Positions 17,430 to 27,029 of a stretch of 33,372 bases of DNA are shown here, piece after piece. Origin of the DNA: Bacteroidota bacterium (GTDB lineage Bacteria; Bacteroidota; Bacteroidia; UKL13-3); assembly GCA_010027395.1 (NCBI GenBank), contig RGVD01000003.1, positions 1-33,372 on the forward strand, read 5' to 3'. Within the stretch, counting starts at the first letter, position 1. Each line of letters begins with the position of its first letter. The notes below the pieces were generated by a model. The model did not search any database and was not told where the DNA came from. It was given only the letters and a program-made list of their open reading frames with translations. The position numbers and the translations under genes were made by a program.

Positions 17430-18635
17430 TTATTTTGCCAATGCAATTTTGCTTTTACTCATTTCACCACTGCTTGATTGAACGGTTATGAAATAAATAC
17501 CATTGTTTAGGGAGGATAAATCTATTTCTGTTTGGTATAGTTTGCTTGTGAGTGATTGGTTATGGATAGCCGTGCCTGCAATATCATATACAATTATATT
17601 GGCTATTTCTTGGTTGCTGTTTATATTAATAATTCCATTGCTAGGGTTTGGATAAACATTATTTCTTGACATTGCTTTTTCTCGAATGCTTGTAGAGGAA
17701 GAGGTCATTTCTGATAAAGGTCTTTTATATACACCTCCAAAGATTCCTCCGCAATATGCATTTGTTCCTAAAATTGCAAAAGCATAAATAGTATTTGATC
17801 CTAAACCATTGCTAACAGCAGTCCAACTTGCTCCATTATTACTTGAAATAAAAACATCATTGTCATTGGAAATAAAAACATCATTTCCGTTGGTATTAAT
17901 AGCGTTTATTGTTGAATTTAAAACACTTCCACTGCCTATATTTGACCAAGTTGTTCCATTATCACTTGATACAAATATTCCCTTATAAGTGCCTGCATAA
18001 ATATTGCTACCACCTTTTTTTAATGTTTGAATATCTGTATTAGTTAACCCATTATTACTTGCTACCCACGAACCACCATTATTATTTGATACATAAACTC
18101 CTTTGTTGGTACCCAGGTAAATATTATTTCCAAGTGATTCAATACTTGAAACTGATGTATTAACGGGTAAACCTGAGTTTGAAGAATTCCAACTAGTTCC
18201 ATTATTTGTTGATAAAAATACACCCTTATCCGTTCCTGCAAAAACATTGGAACCTGTGATATTTATTGCGTTAATAAATAAAGTGCTTAATCCATTATTT
18301 GAAGGTGCCCAATTATTTCCGTTGTTGTTGGAAAAATATATACCACTATCGGTTCCAGCAGCCATATTTGATCCATTAATAGCCATACACCATACTGACA
18401 AGTTTTATAAACCATTGTTTTTAACTGTCCACGAATTACCATTATCAGATGAATAAAATACACCACCTAATGCGCTGGCATAAATATCTGTTCCATTTGT
18501 TATTAAAGCGGTAATCCATGTACTATCAGGATTTGGGGAATTTGCTGTTTTCCATTGCGCATCTGCAATGTTTGATTTAGAAATTAATAAAAATAAAATA
18601 ACTGTTTTGATTGTGGTGTTTATTGTTTTTTTCAT
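17430..18635 (-). pseudogene. T9SS type-A CTD, BNR/Asp-box beta-propeller protein interrupted by one in-frame TAA (18405-18407)
   Basis: The 76-aa and 323-aa ORFs are in one frame and read NNGL*NLSVW across the junction. Signal peptide at the N-terminus, six SxD/NNGxxW repeats at ~39-40 aa spacing, CTD (VYPNPSNG, DLSSLNNGIYFI, KIALAK). Confidence 0.8.
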
Positions 18636-18725
18636 TTTGATTTTTTGTTTTACTTATTTAATCGCAATAATGCTTTGTATAATTTTTCTTTTGTAATTGG
18701 CGGAAATAACGTTGTTAAACTCCAG

Positions 18726-18733
18726 CAAATATA
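18726..18733 (-). promoter_or_regulatory. -7 promoter element (TATATTTG, minus strand) upstream of the interrupted T9SS cargo gene
   Basis: CAAATATA on the + strand, about 90 nt upstream of the ATG at 18635. Confidence 0.45.
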
Positions 18734-18926
18734 AAAATACTATCTCTGAAAAATAGCTTAGCACCAATCCTATATATAAATGTATGTTTTTTGTATTTTT
18801 TTTATTTGAAATTTCAATAATTCATATTATTTTTATATTGATTCATAGTGAATTATAGGAAATATTTTTTAAACATGCAATATGAAAAGATAGACTATCG
18901 TTAAACCTATACTTAAACCGAAATAT

Positions 18927-19166
18927 ATGAATCAAATCTACACTGAAGAAATCCTTTTACGCTACATCTACAATGAAACTACATCCACGGAAAATGCTCA
19001 AATCGAATCGCATTTGAAAACGAATGAGAATTTTAAAAAGTCGTATGATGAAATGCTTCAAAGCATTGATTCTTTAAAAGAAGCGGAAATAGCACCCTCT
19101 AAACATAGTGTGAATGCTATTTTAGATTATGCCAAACAGCATAGTTCGGCTGAAGAGCTAGCTTAA
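18927..19166 (+). CDS. Small anti-sigma-domain-like protein (zf-HC2-like, Cys-less)
   Basis: LLRYIYNE-E-IESHL-FKKSYDEM pattern resembles anti-sigma N-terminal domains. No TM segment. Confidence 0.6.
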   Translation: MNQIYTEEILLRYIYNETTSTENAQIESHLKTNENFKKSYDEMLQSIDSLKEAEIAPSKHSVNAILDYAKQHSSAEELA

Positions 19167-19171
19167 TTCGC

Positions 19172-19564
19172 TTATTGTATTAAAATTCCCTTTGCCAGTA
19201 TTTTTATTTCAGTACTGTCTTTTACCATCGTACCTTTTATGTAGGCTTTTTTGCCTTCTATTTTTAGAGGTAATACAAATGCTTTGTCTTCAATATCAAC
19301 CAAAATGGGCTGCTTGTTTCCATTTTCTAAACTCAACCAACAGCCTTCACCTTTGCAGTAATTGGCAATGGTGCCACTAAATATGCCGGTTTCTTTTGTT
19401 CCTGTTTGTTCAATGTTATTGTAGGCAGTTATAGCATCTTTCGAGTCGTTTGTGTTCTCAATTGTTTCTCCAAAATTTCCAATCTGAGATAATTTGCTTC
19501 TTGGGTCGTTAGAACAAGCGAAAGCAAAAAATGAAAACGAAATAATGGTAAGTAGCTTTTTCAT
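19172..19564 (-). CDS. DUF4920-like lipoprotein
   Basis: Lipobox AFAC, FGETI, CKGEGCWL, FVLP-GKKA-G, AKGILI. Confidence 0.7.
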   Translation of the reverse strand: MKKLLTIISFSFFAFACSNDPRSKLSQIGNFGETIENTNDSKDAITAYNNIEQTGTKETGIFSGTIANYCKGEGCWLSLENGNKQPILVDIEDKAFVLPLKIEGKKAYIKGTMVKDSTEIKILAKGILIQ

Positions 19565-19737
19565 GACATAGAATTAAGTTTCAAATATGAAGAAATCTGT
19601 AAGACTAATCAAACAATAATTGGTTCAGATTGTATGTCATAATAACGTGTTTTGTCCATTAGTGTAAATTTTATGTGAGTAAAACACAATTGCTATGGGG
19701 ATTTGTGCTCAATTGATAATTTGCAGGCCTATTTATA

Positions 19738-20820
19738 ATGATAAAAAACAAATCCATTTACATAACGCTTATATTGCTTTTCATGGCTCAAATTAGATTG
19801 TATTCTCAAAAACAACCCATTAATAAATATACATCAAATCCACTATTGAAGAGCCTTAAAGCTAAAGAGCTTTGGATAGGAAATCCCCAAGACAAAGATG
19901 GACGTTTTATTAATCACGAATATCCGTTTTGGCCTGAGGCTAAAGAGCTGTGGAAGTGGCAAAGAGAGTCAAACCCTCAAAAAGAAGAAAAGAAAGGCGA
20001 TACTTTTAAGTTGAAAGTAGAAACGGATACTAGCTTCTTGAGTCACAAAAATGATGTGATTGTATGGCTAGGTCATGCTAGTTTTTTTATCCGCTTAAAT
20101 GGTGTGAGTTTGATTACCGATCCTGTTTTTTACAATGCCAGCCCAGTGGTAAAAAGGAAGAGTGCTTTGCCTTTTGATGTCAATTTAATCAAGGGTTTAG
20201 ATTATATATTGATAAGCCATGATCACCGAGATCATTTAGATGAAAAGAGTTTGAACTTGGTATATGCCAATAACCCTGGAGTGAAAATATTATCAGGTTT
20301 GAATATGGATGATTGGTTCAATAAAATGCTTAAAAAACCGAATGTTGAAACAGCTAGTTGGTATCAGCAATTCAGCACCGATACTAACAAAATTGAGATT
20401 TACTTTATGCCTGCCAGACATTGGAGCAGAAGAGGTTTAACGGATACTAATAAACACCTGTGGGGGAGTTTTGTGATAAAAGCCAATGGTAAAAAAATAT
20501 TTTTCAGTGGCGATACGGGATATGGTAGTCATTTAAAGGAAGTGGGTGACATCTTTGATGGTATTGATGTATGCATCATTGGAGTAGGTGCCTACAAACC
20601 TGAATGGTTTATGTCGAGCAATCATATTTCGCCATCCAATGCAGTGAGAGCAGCCAATGAAATGAGGGCAAAACATTTTGTGCCAATGCATTATGGAACC
20701 TTCGACTTGAGTGACGAACCCATGGGCGAACCCGCCCAAATATTGTTGAAAGAAAAAAGTGAGTCGAAACTGAATGCTGACTTACATTTGCTGTCTATTG
20801 GTGCCAACTATCAATTTTAA
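19738..20820 (+). CDS. MBL-fold metallo-hydrolase (NAPE-PLD/RomA-like) with signal peptide
   Basis: WLGHAS, TDPVF, SHDHRDHLD, PARHWSRR, SGDTGY, GAYKP, PMHYGTF. Confidence 0.88.
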   Translation: MIKNKSIYITLILLFMAQIRLYSQKQPINKYTSNPLLKSLKAKELWIGNPQDKDGRFINHEYPFWPEAKELWKWQRESNPQKEEKKGDTFKLKVETDTSFLSHKNDVIVWLGHASFFIRLNGVSLITDPVFYNASPVVKRKSALPFDVNLIKGLDYILISHDHRDHLDEKSLNLVYANNPGVKILSGLNMDDWFNKMLKKPNVETASWYQQFSTDTNKIEIYFMPARHWSRRGLTDTNKHLWGSFVIKANGKKIFFSGDTGYGSHLKEVGDIFDGIDVCIIGVGAYKPEWFMSSNHISPSNAVRAANEMRAKHFVPMHYGTFDLSDEPMGEPAQILLKEKSESKLNADLHLLSIGANYQF

Positions 20821-20826
20821 TTTTAA

Positions 20827-23208
20827 TTGAAAATTAGTTTAAAACATATCTTTATTTTCCTAGGTTCATTCCTTTTTGTGTTGAATGCATCAGCCCAAAA
20901 AAGGTTTACCATTAGTGGCTATTTAAATGATAAAAGCACGGGCGAAAGCCTTATTGGCGCTACCATAAAAGTAAATGAACTAAAAACGGGAACGGCCACC
21001 AATTCCTATGGATACTATTCACTTTCCTTACCTCAAGGTAATTATACTTTGGTATTCTCATATCTCGGTTTTAAAACATTAAGTGTTCCTATAATTTTGG
21101 ATAAAAATACCATCATCAACCAAAAGATGGAGGTACAAATAAATGAGAGCAAAGAGGTTGTTATTACTGGTGAGCGTGAAGATAAGAATGTGAAGAGCAC
21201 TGGGATGAGTCGCATGGAAATTACAGGACAACAAGTAAAAAATTTACCTGTAATTTTTGGCGAACCAGATGTGTTGAAAGCCATAACCTTATTGCCAGGA
21301 ATAAAAAGTGGAGGAGAAGGTAGTACTGGATTTTATGTGCGTGGAGGTGGGCCTGACCAAAACCTCATCTTGATGGATGAAGCGGTGGTTTATAATCCTT
21401 CACATTTGTTTGGATTCTTGTCTGTTTTCAATACAGATGCTGTTAAAAATATAGATGTAATTAAGGGTGGTATGCCTGCTAATTATGGAGGTCGTTTGTC
21501 ATCTATCCTTAATGTGAATTTACGTGAAGGAAATAATCAAAAGTATGTTGTGAATGGAGGTGTTGGATTAATTGCTTCAAGGTTATCTGCTGAGGGACCG
21601 ATACAAAAGGGAAGAAGTAGTTTTTTAGTTGCGGCTCGAAGGACTTATGTGGATGTGCTTGCAAGGCCCTTTTTATCTGACAATTTAAAGGGAAATAGTT
21701 ATTACTTTTATGATATCAACCTTAAAATGAATTTTAACTTGGGTCAAAAGGACAAATTGTTTTTCTCAGGATATTTTGGAAGGGATATTTTGAACTATCA
21801 AAGTCCAACCAATAGTAGTTTTCATTTTGATTTAGGTTGGGGCAATTCCACAGCTACTCTTAGATGGAATCATGTATTTAATTCTAAATTATTTTGCAAT
21901 ACAAGTGCGGTTTATAACAGATACGACCTATACAATAATCTAACTGCGGGATCTTTCGGTTTCAATATCAGAAGCGGTATTCAAGATTGGAATGTAAAGA
22001 ATGATTACACTTGGTTTATAAACGATAAGCACCAAGCAAAATTTGGATTAAATTATACTTTTCATACTTTCACTCCAGGCATCTTAACGGGTCAAGCGAG
22101 TAGCATAATTTTAGATCAAGAAATCAGTAAGCAATATGCACATGAGTTGGCGGTTTATGCTATGGATGAATGGCGCATCAACCAAAGATTTAACTTGAAT
22201 GCTGGACTAAGGGCTGTGTTTTATGACATGGTAGGACCTTATACCAAAAAACAATATAATGCTGATAATCTGCCCACAGGTGTTGAAACATCATGGAAAA
22301 CCAATGAAAGCATTGCTTTTTACCCGAGATTAGAACCACGTGCAGCTTTAACCTATTTGATAAATGAGCAATCATCTGTAAAAGCATCATTCACGCAAAC
22401 TTATCAGTTTATTCATCTTGCCACCACCTCAGGCGCTTCATTTCCTGTGGACTTGTGGGTGCCAAGTTCTCAAAAGGTAAAACCGCAATTGGCATATCAA
22501 TATGCATTGGGTTACTTTAGAAATTTTGATAACAATAAATGGGAAACTTCAGTCGAGGTGTATTATAAACCCATGTATAACCAAATTGAATTCAAGCCTT
22601 TTTCTCGTTTGTTCTTTAATCAAAATTTAGAGGAAGAAATGGTTTTCGGACAAGGATTAAGTTATGGACTTGAACTTTTTGTAAAGAAGAAAGTAGGTAG
22701 AACGACTGGCTGGATTGGTTATACCTTAAGCAAAACCACCCGTCAGTTTGATGAGTTGAATGGAGGACAAGCCTATTTTTTTAGATATGACAGAACGCAT
22801 GATATATCGGTTGTAATAAGCCACACCTTTAACAAGAAATGGAGCATGAATTTTGTGTTTGTTTATGGTACAGGTAATGCAGTTACATTGCCTATTGCGC
22901 GTTATGCATATAGAGTGGGTTACAACGTGGAACAAAATAAACCTGAACTAACTTTCATTGATGTGTATGGTAAAATTAATGATTACAGGTTGCCAGCCTA
23001 TCATCGTGCAGACATCTCATTTACCTATGTAGCTAATAAAACAGATAAATGGGAGAGCAATTGGAATTTTAGTATTTACAATATTTACAACCGTGCTAAT
23101 CCTTATTTTATTTACTTTTTACCAGATATTGACAAGTTGGAAGTGAAGGCATATATGGTATATTTATTTCCTATTTTACCGAGTGTAGCATGGAATTTTA
23201 AATTTTAA
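20827..23208 (+). CDS. TonB-dependent receptor with N-terminal carboxypeptidase-regulatory-like domain
   Basis: Signal peptide, TGESLIGA-TNSYGYYSL, plug motif VRGGGPDQNLIL, YGGRLSS, YHRAD, NIYNR, C-terminal Phe. Confidence 0.92.
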   Translation: MKISLKHIFIFLGSFLFVLNASAQKRFTISGYLNDKSTGESLIGATIKVNELKTGTATNSYGYYSLSLPQGNYTLVFSYLGFKTLSVPIILDKNTIINQKMEVQINESKEVVITGEREDKNVKSTGMSRMEITGQQVKNLPVIFGEPDVLKAITLLPGIKSGGEGSTGFYVRGGGPDQNLILMDEAVVYNPSHLFGFLSVFNTDAVKNIDVIKGGMPANYGGRLSSILNVNLREGNNQKYVVNGGVGLIASRLSAEGPIQKGRSSFLVAARRTYVDVLARPFLSDNLKGNSYYFYDINLKMNFNLGQKDKLFFSGYFGRDILNYQSPTNSSFHFDLGWGNSTATLRWNHVFNSKLFCNTSAVYNRYDLYNNLTAGSFGFNIRSGIQDWNVKNDYTWFINDKHQAKFGLNYTFHTFTPGILTGQASSIILDQEISKQYAHELAVYAMDEWRINQRFNLNAGLRAVFYDMVGPYTKKQYNADNLPTGVETSWKTNESIAFYPRLEPRAALTYLINEQSSVKASFTQTYQFIHLATTSGASFPVDLWVPSSQKVKPQLAYQYALGYFRNFDNNKWETSVEVYYKPMYNQIEFKPFSRLFFNQNLEEEMVFGQGLSYGLELFVKKKVGRTTGWIGYTLSKTTRQFDELNGGQAYFFRYDRTHDISVVISHTFNKKWSMNFVFVYGTGNAVTLPIARYAYRVGYNVEQNKPELTFIDVYGKINDYRLPAYHRADISFTYVANKTDKWESNWNFSIYNIYNRANPYFIYFLPDIDKLEVKAYMVYLFPILPSVAWNFKF

Positions 23209-24093
23209 ATGAAGCATATTTTATACATACTGTCCATTCTCATTATCACCTTATCGGCCTGCGAAAAGGAGATAGAGGTTGATTTGCCACCTAGCACTCC
23301 TCAGCTTGTGGTAGAGGCAAGTGTGAACACCTATTCGCCTTGGCTTAATTATGTTTTTATTTCTAACACCATCGACTATTTTAAACCAGATTTAAGTTTC
23401 AATGGGGTTAAAGGAGCTACTGTTTATATCACACCTGGGAAGATAATAAATAATGATACTTTATTTGATAAGGCCAACCGATACACATTTGCTGATTTGA
23501 GTAATCTAGGTAATATTCCCGGCCTAGACAGCATTGGTAAAAGCATCAGTGGTATGTATTTAAATCCTTTGTTTAGAGCTACTGCCAATACCAGTTATTT
23601 GCTAGAAATAAGCCTAGCAGATGGTAGGGTGATTGCGGCTCGAACACATATACCACCTATAGTGTCTATTGATAGTATGAAAGTAAGGTATGATGGTATT
23701 GGTGAGACAGGTAAAAAGAATGCCTATTTGAGCTTTTGGTTTAATGATGGACCAGAGCAGAATAACTACCGTATGGCTTTGCGCAATAATCCTGATTCGG
23801 TGCTTTTTGGTTGGGGTAATGCAGATTCGTACCGAACTTTTGATGATGAGTTTGTAAACAATGGTGTTATACCTTTAGAGTTTTTAAGGCCCTTTGAAGG
23901 AGGTGATACCTTGAATATTTATTTTACGTCCATTGGAAGAAAAGAATTTCGTTTTTGGCAAAGTTTTGGGCGAGCTGCTAATAATGGTGGACCATTTGCT
24001 ACACCTGGAAATGTTAAATCAAACATTGATGGGGTGATTGGCTCCTTTACTGGATATGCTGTATATTTTAAGAGAATTATTTTTGATGAATAG
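23209..24093 (+). CDS. DUF4249-like lipoprotein, partner of the TonB-dependent receptor
   Basis: Lipobox LSAC-EKEIEVDL, LVVEA, C-terminal P-NVKSNI-G-IG-F. Abuts the receptor stop codon. Confidence 0.8.
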   Translation: MKHILYILSILIITLSACEKEIEVDLPPSTPQLVVEASVNTYSPWLNYVFISNTIDYFKPDLSFNGVKGATVYITPGKIINNDTLFDKANRYTFADLSNLGNIPGLDSIGKSISGMYLNPLFRATANTSYLLEISLADGRVIAARTHIPPIVSIDSMKVRYDGIGETGKKNAYLSFWFNDGPEQNNYRMALRNNPDSVLFGWGNADSYRTFDDEFVNNGVIPLEFLRPFEGGDTLNIYFTSIGRKEFRFWQSFGRAANNGGPFATPGNVKSNIDGVIGSFTGYAVYFKRIIFDE

Positions 24094-24130
24094 TTTTTTG
24101 AATTTATTAATTATTGGCTTCATTTTCATA

Positions 24131-24315
24131 TTTGATCATACTTGAAAGGTAGTTTCGCTCCGCTCATAATGACGTACTAGTTGAACAATCACTTCACATT
24201 TTTGTCATTTCGCACTTCGCATTTTTATTAATTTTGATCGTACTTGAAAGATAGTTTCGCTCCGCTCACTATGACGTAAGGTTCAACAATCACTTCGCAT
24301 TTTTGTCATTTCGCA
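24131..24315. repeat. Degenerate tandem direct repeat (84 and 83 bp, period 102 bp) with REP-like motifs
   Basis: Copies at 24131-24214 and 24233-24315 differ at about 9 positions. Shared core TAGTTTCGCTCCGCTCA-ATGACGTA and CATTTTTGTCATTTCGCA. Confidence 0.9.
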
Positions 24316-24444
24316 AATTACCTTTCATTGTCATTCTGCAATTCGCATTCACTGCTTCCGTTAATTAAATTTGATTATCAACATTTTTGTTTAGAACTTA
24401 AAAAATCTCAGCGGAATAAAGAATTTATTTTCGCTTCTAGTATT

Positions 24445-26934
24445 ATGGCTAAGAAAGCAAAAGAAAATAAGATATTGTTTGGTGATGTTCAGGATTTTGA
24501 AGAGAAAGAGCCTGTTGTTGAGAAACCCATAAAAAAAGACAAGAAATACCTTGCCTTCATGGCTGATGAGCGCTTTCAAAGAGCCATGGGTGTGGTGTTT
24601 GTTTTATTTGCCTTGTACTTATTCATTGCCTGTTTGTCTTTTCTTTTTACATGGCAAGCCGATCAAAGTTTAGTCCAGAACTTAAGTTGGTATATGTTTA
24701 CCCAAATCGATCCTGAAATTGCTGAAAATATTTTAGGAAAATTAGGAGCTTGGTTGGGTTATGTTTTTGTATACAGAGGATTTGGAATTTCATCTTTCGC
24801 CTTTAGCATCATATTTCTTTCATTGGGTATTTATTTGGTAGCTAAACATCAACCTATACCCATCGTAAAAACACTTCGTTATTCATTTTTTGGAGTGGTA
24901 TGGGTATCCTTAACCATGGGTTTTTTATTGGGTGATGTGAATCCGGTTTTAGGGGGAAGCTTTGGTTATTTTGGATATTTATACCTAAAGACCTTACTAG
25001 GTGGATTAGGAACAGGTCTGCTTTTATTGGCTTATGCATTGGTTTTTTTAATTGCGGTTTTTAATATTAAATTATATCAAGCAAAATCCATCATTGAAGA
25101 TATTCCATTGCCCCAAGAAGAAGAGAAGAAAAATAGCATCAAACCAAGTGTACCCAAAACAAAGGCCATTGATGAAATTCCATTGAATGAAGATGATTTT
25201 GTTTTACAAGTTATTGAAGAGCCTGAACATGAAGAAATACATGGTAGCATCACTATAAACCCTAAAATAGAGGAGCCCCAGGAAGAACCATACATCGAAC
25301 CTATTGTTGCAAAAGTAGAAGAGAAGCCAAGCTCGCTTAAAACCGAAAGCGGATTGGTGCTTGAAGTGAATGAAGTGGCTGAAGAGGAAGTGCCCGTGCG
25401 CAAAGAACATTATGGTATTGATGAATTGTATGACCCTACTTTGGATTTTAGCAATTATCAATTCCCTAGCATCGAACTCCTAAACGACTATGGCGAAGCC
25501 AAAGGAAAAGTGGAGCAAGATGAATTGAGTGAGAAGACCAAGATGATTGAAGAGACCTTGAAGAACTACAGCATTGGTATCAAAAAAATATCGGCTACGG
25601 TTGGTCCTACCGTTACCTTGTATGAAATCATTCCTCAAGATGGCGTGCGTATTGCCAAGATAAAAAACCTTGAAGATGATATTGCACTTAGTTTAGCAGC
25701 ACTAGGTATTCGTATCATTGCACCTATTCCTGGCCGAGGAACCATTGGTATTGAAGTGCCAAATACCAATCCAGCTATGGTTCCTATGCGAGCTATTTTA
25801 AGTTCTGCTAAATTCCAAAATGCAGACATGGATTTACCAATAGGTTTTGGAAAAACCATTTCAAATGAAGTGTTTGTGGCAGATTTAGCCAAGATGCCCC
25901 ACTTGTTGATGGCAGGTGCTACAGGTCAGGGTAAGTCTGTTGGTTTAAATACCATTTTAGTTTCTTTGCTTTACAAAAAACATCCTTCTCAGATTAAGTT
26001 TGTTTTGGTCGATCCAAAGAAGGTGGAGTTGAGCATATATAAAATGATTGAAAGGCATTTCTTGGCTAAAATTCCGGGTGATGCAGATGCCATTATCACT
26101 GATACCAAATTGGTGGTAAATACCCTTAATTCATTGTGCGTGGAGATGGACAATCGATATGATTTGTTGAAGGATGCGCAGGTTAGAAATTTAAAGGAAT
26201 ATAATGCCAAGTTCATTTCACGCAGGTTGCCACCTACGGATAAAATAGAGCATCGTTTCTTGCCATATATTGTAGTAGTTATAGATGAGTTGGCTGATTT
26301 GATGATGACTGCAGGTAAAGAAGTTGAGTATCCTGTTGCTCGTATTGCGCAGTTGGCTCGCGCAGTTGGAATACATTTGATTTTGGCTACCCAAAGACCA
26401 TCTGTAAATATTATTACTGGTACAATTAAAGCTAATTTCCCTGCTCGTATAGCATTTAGGGTTTCACAAAAAATAGATTCACGTACCATTCTTGATGCCA
26501 ATGGTGCTGACCAATTGATAGGAAAAGGGGATATGCTTTATAGCAATGGCAATGATTTGGTGCGTTTACAATGTGCTTTTGTTGACACCCCTGAGGTTGA
26601 AAAAATAGCAAACTTCATTGGAAACCAAAATGGCAATGAGCCTTATTTATTGCCAGAAGTGAAAATTGATGGCGAAGATTTTGGTGGGGGTGAAAGCTTT
26701 GATAGCAGCAACAGAGATGACTTGTTTGAAGAAGCGGCACGCCTGATTGTGGTTCACCAGCAAGGTTCAACCTCTTTGATTCAACGTAAGCTAAATTTAG
26801 GTTATAACCGCGCAGGCCGATTGATAGACCAATTAGAAAAAGCCGGTATTGTGGGTCCATTCAAGGGCAGTAAGGCTCGAGAAGTATTGGTGCACACTGA
26901 GGCTGAGTTGGAAGAGATGCTGAGAGGGTTTTGA
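24445..26934 (+). CDS. ftsK: DNA translocase FtsK
   Basis: N-terminal multi-TM domain, linker, MPHLLMAGATGQGKS (Walker A), VVVIDELADL (Walker B), LATQRPS, gamma domain GYNRAGRLIDQLE. ATG at 24445 preferred. Confidence 0.96.
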   Translation: MAKKAKENKILFGDVQDFEEKEPVVEKPIKKDKKYLAFMADERFQRAMGVVFVLFALYLFIACLSFLFTWQADQSLVQNLSWYMFTQIDPEIAENILGKLGAWLGYVFVYRGFGISSFAFSIIFLSLGIYLVAKHQPIPIVKTLRYSFFGVVWVSLTMGFLLGDVNPVLGGSFGYFGYLYLKTLLGGLGTGLLLLAYALVFLIAVFNIKLYQAKSIIEDIPLPQEEEKKNSIKPSVPKTKAIDEIPLNEDDFVLQVIEEPEHEEIHGSITINPKIEEPQEEPYIEPIVAKVEEKPSSLKTESGLVLEVNEVAEEEVPVRKEHYGIDELYDPTLDFSNYQFPSIELLNDYGEAKGKVEQDELSEKTKMIEETLKNYSIGIKKISATVGPTVTLYEIIPQDGVRIAKIKNLEDDIALSLAALGIRIIAPIPGRGTIGIEVPNTNPAMVPMRAILSSAKFQNADMDLPIGFGKTISNEVFVADLAKMPHLLMAGATGQGKSVGLNTILVSLLYKKHPSQIKFVLVDPKKVELSIYKMIERHFLAKIPGDADAIITDTKLVVNTLNSLCVEMDNRYDLLKDAQVRNLKEYNAKFISRRLPPTDKIEHRFLPYIVVVIDELADLMMTAGKEVEYPVARIAQLARAVGIHLILATQRPSVNIITGTIKANFPARIAFRVSQKIDSRTILDANGADQLIGKGDMLYSNGNDLVRLQCAFVDTPEVEKIANFIGNQNGNEPYLLPEVKIDGEDFGGGESFDSSNRDDLFEEAARLIVVHQQGSTSLIQRKLNLGYNRAGRLIDQLEKAGIVGPFKGSKAREVLVHTEAELEEMLRGF

Positions 26935-27029
26935 TCTTTTAAGGAGTTAGGATATTGGCAAGAGGCAAGTAGATAATTTCTAATAAATTTCATCTAATAT
27001 ATCAATATGTTTTTAACATTATTAATAAA

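Noticed and set aside
18405-18407. Genome-wide stop-codon reassignment or Sec/Pyl recoding
   Set aside because: The codon is TAA, which ends many intact genes here (gldK, gldL, gldM, mltG). Sec and Pyl use TGA and TAG.
18806-18817. 12-bp palindrome TTGAAATTTCAA
   Set aside because: Lies in a very AT-rich tract where such palindromes are expected by chance.
24131-24315. Possible CRISPR array
   Set aside because: Only two long (~84 bp) imperfect copies with an 18-nt gap, no unique spacers, and no cas genes in the window.
24328-24444. 39-aa N-terminal extension of FtsK from a TTG start
   Set aside because: Runs through repeat-adjacent, promoter-like DNA. ATG 24445 with A at -3 is a more plausible start.
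25989-26501. 170-aa antisense ORF in ftsK and the other short shadow ORFs (in gldK, gldM, parE, mltG, the S8 gene, and 30097-30282)
   Set aside because: They overlap well-supported genes, have no recognisable motifs, and are explained by codon bias on the coding strand.
24445-26934. FtsK as a T7SS or conjugative coupling ATPase
   Set aside because: Single ATPase domain with N-terminal TM domain and C-terminal gamma domain is the housekeeping architecture. No mobile-element genes nearby.
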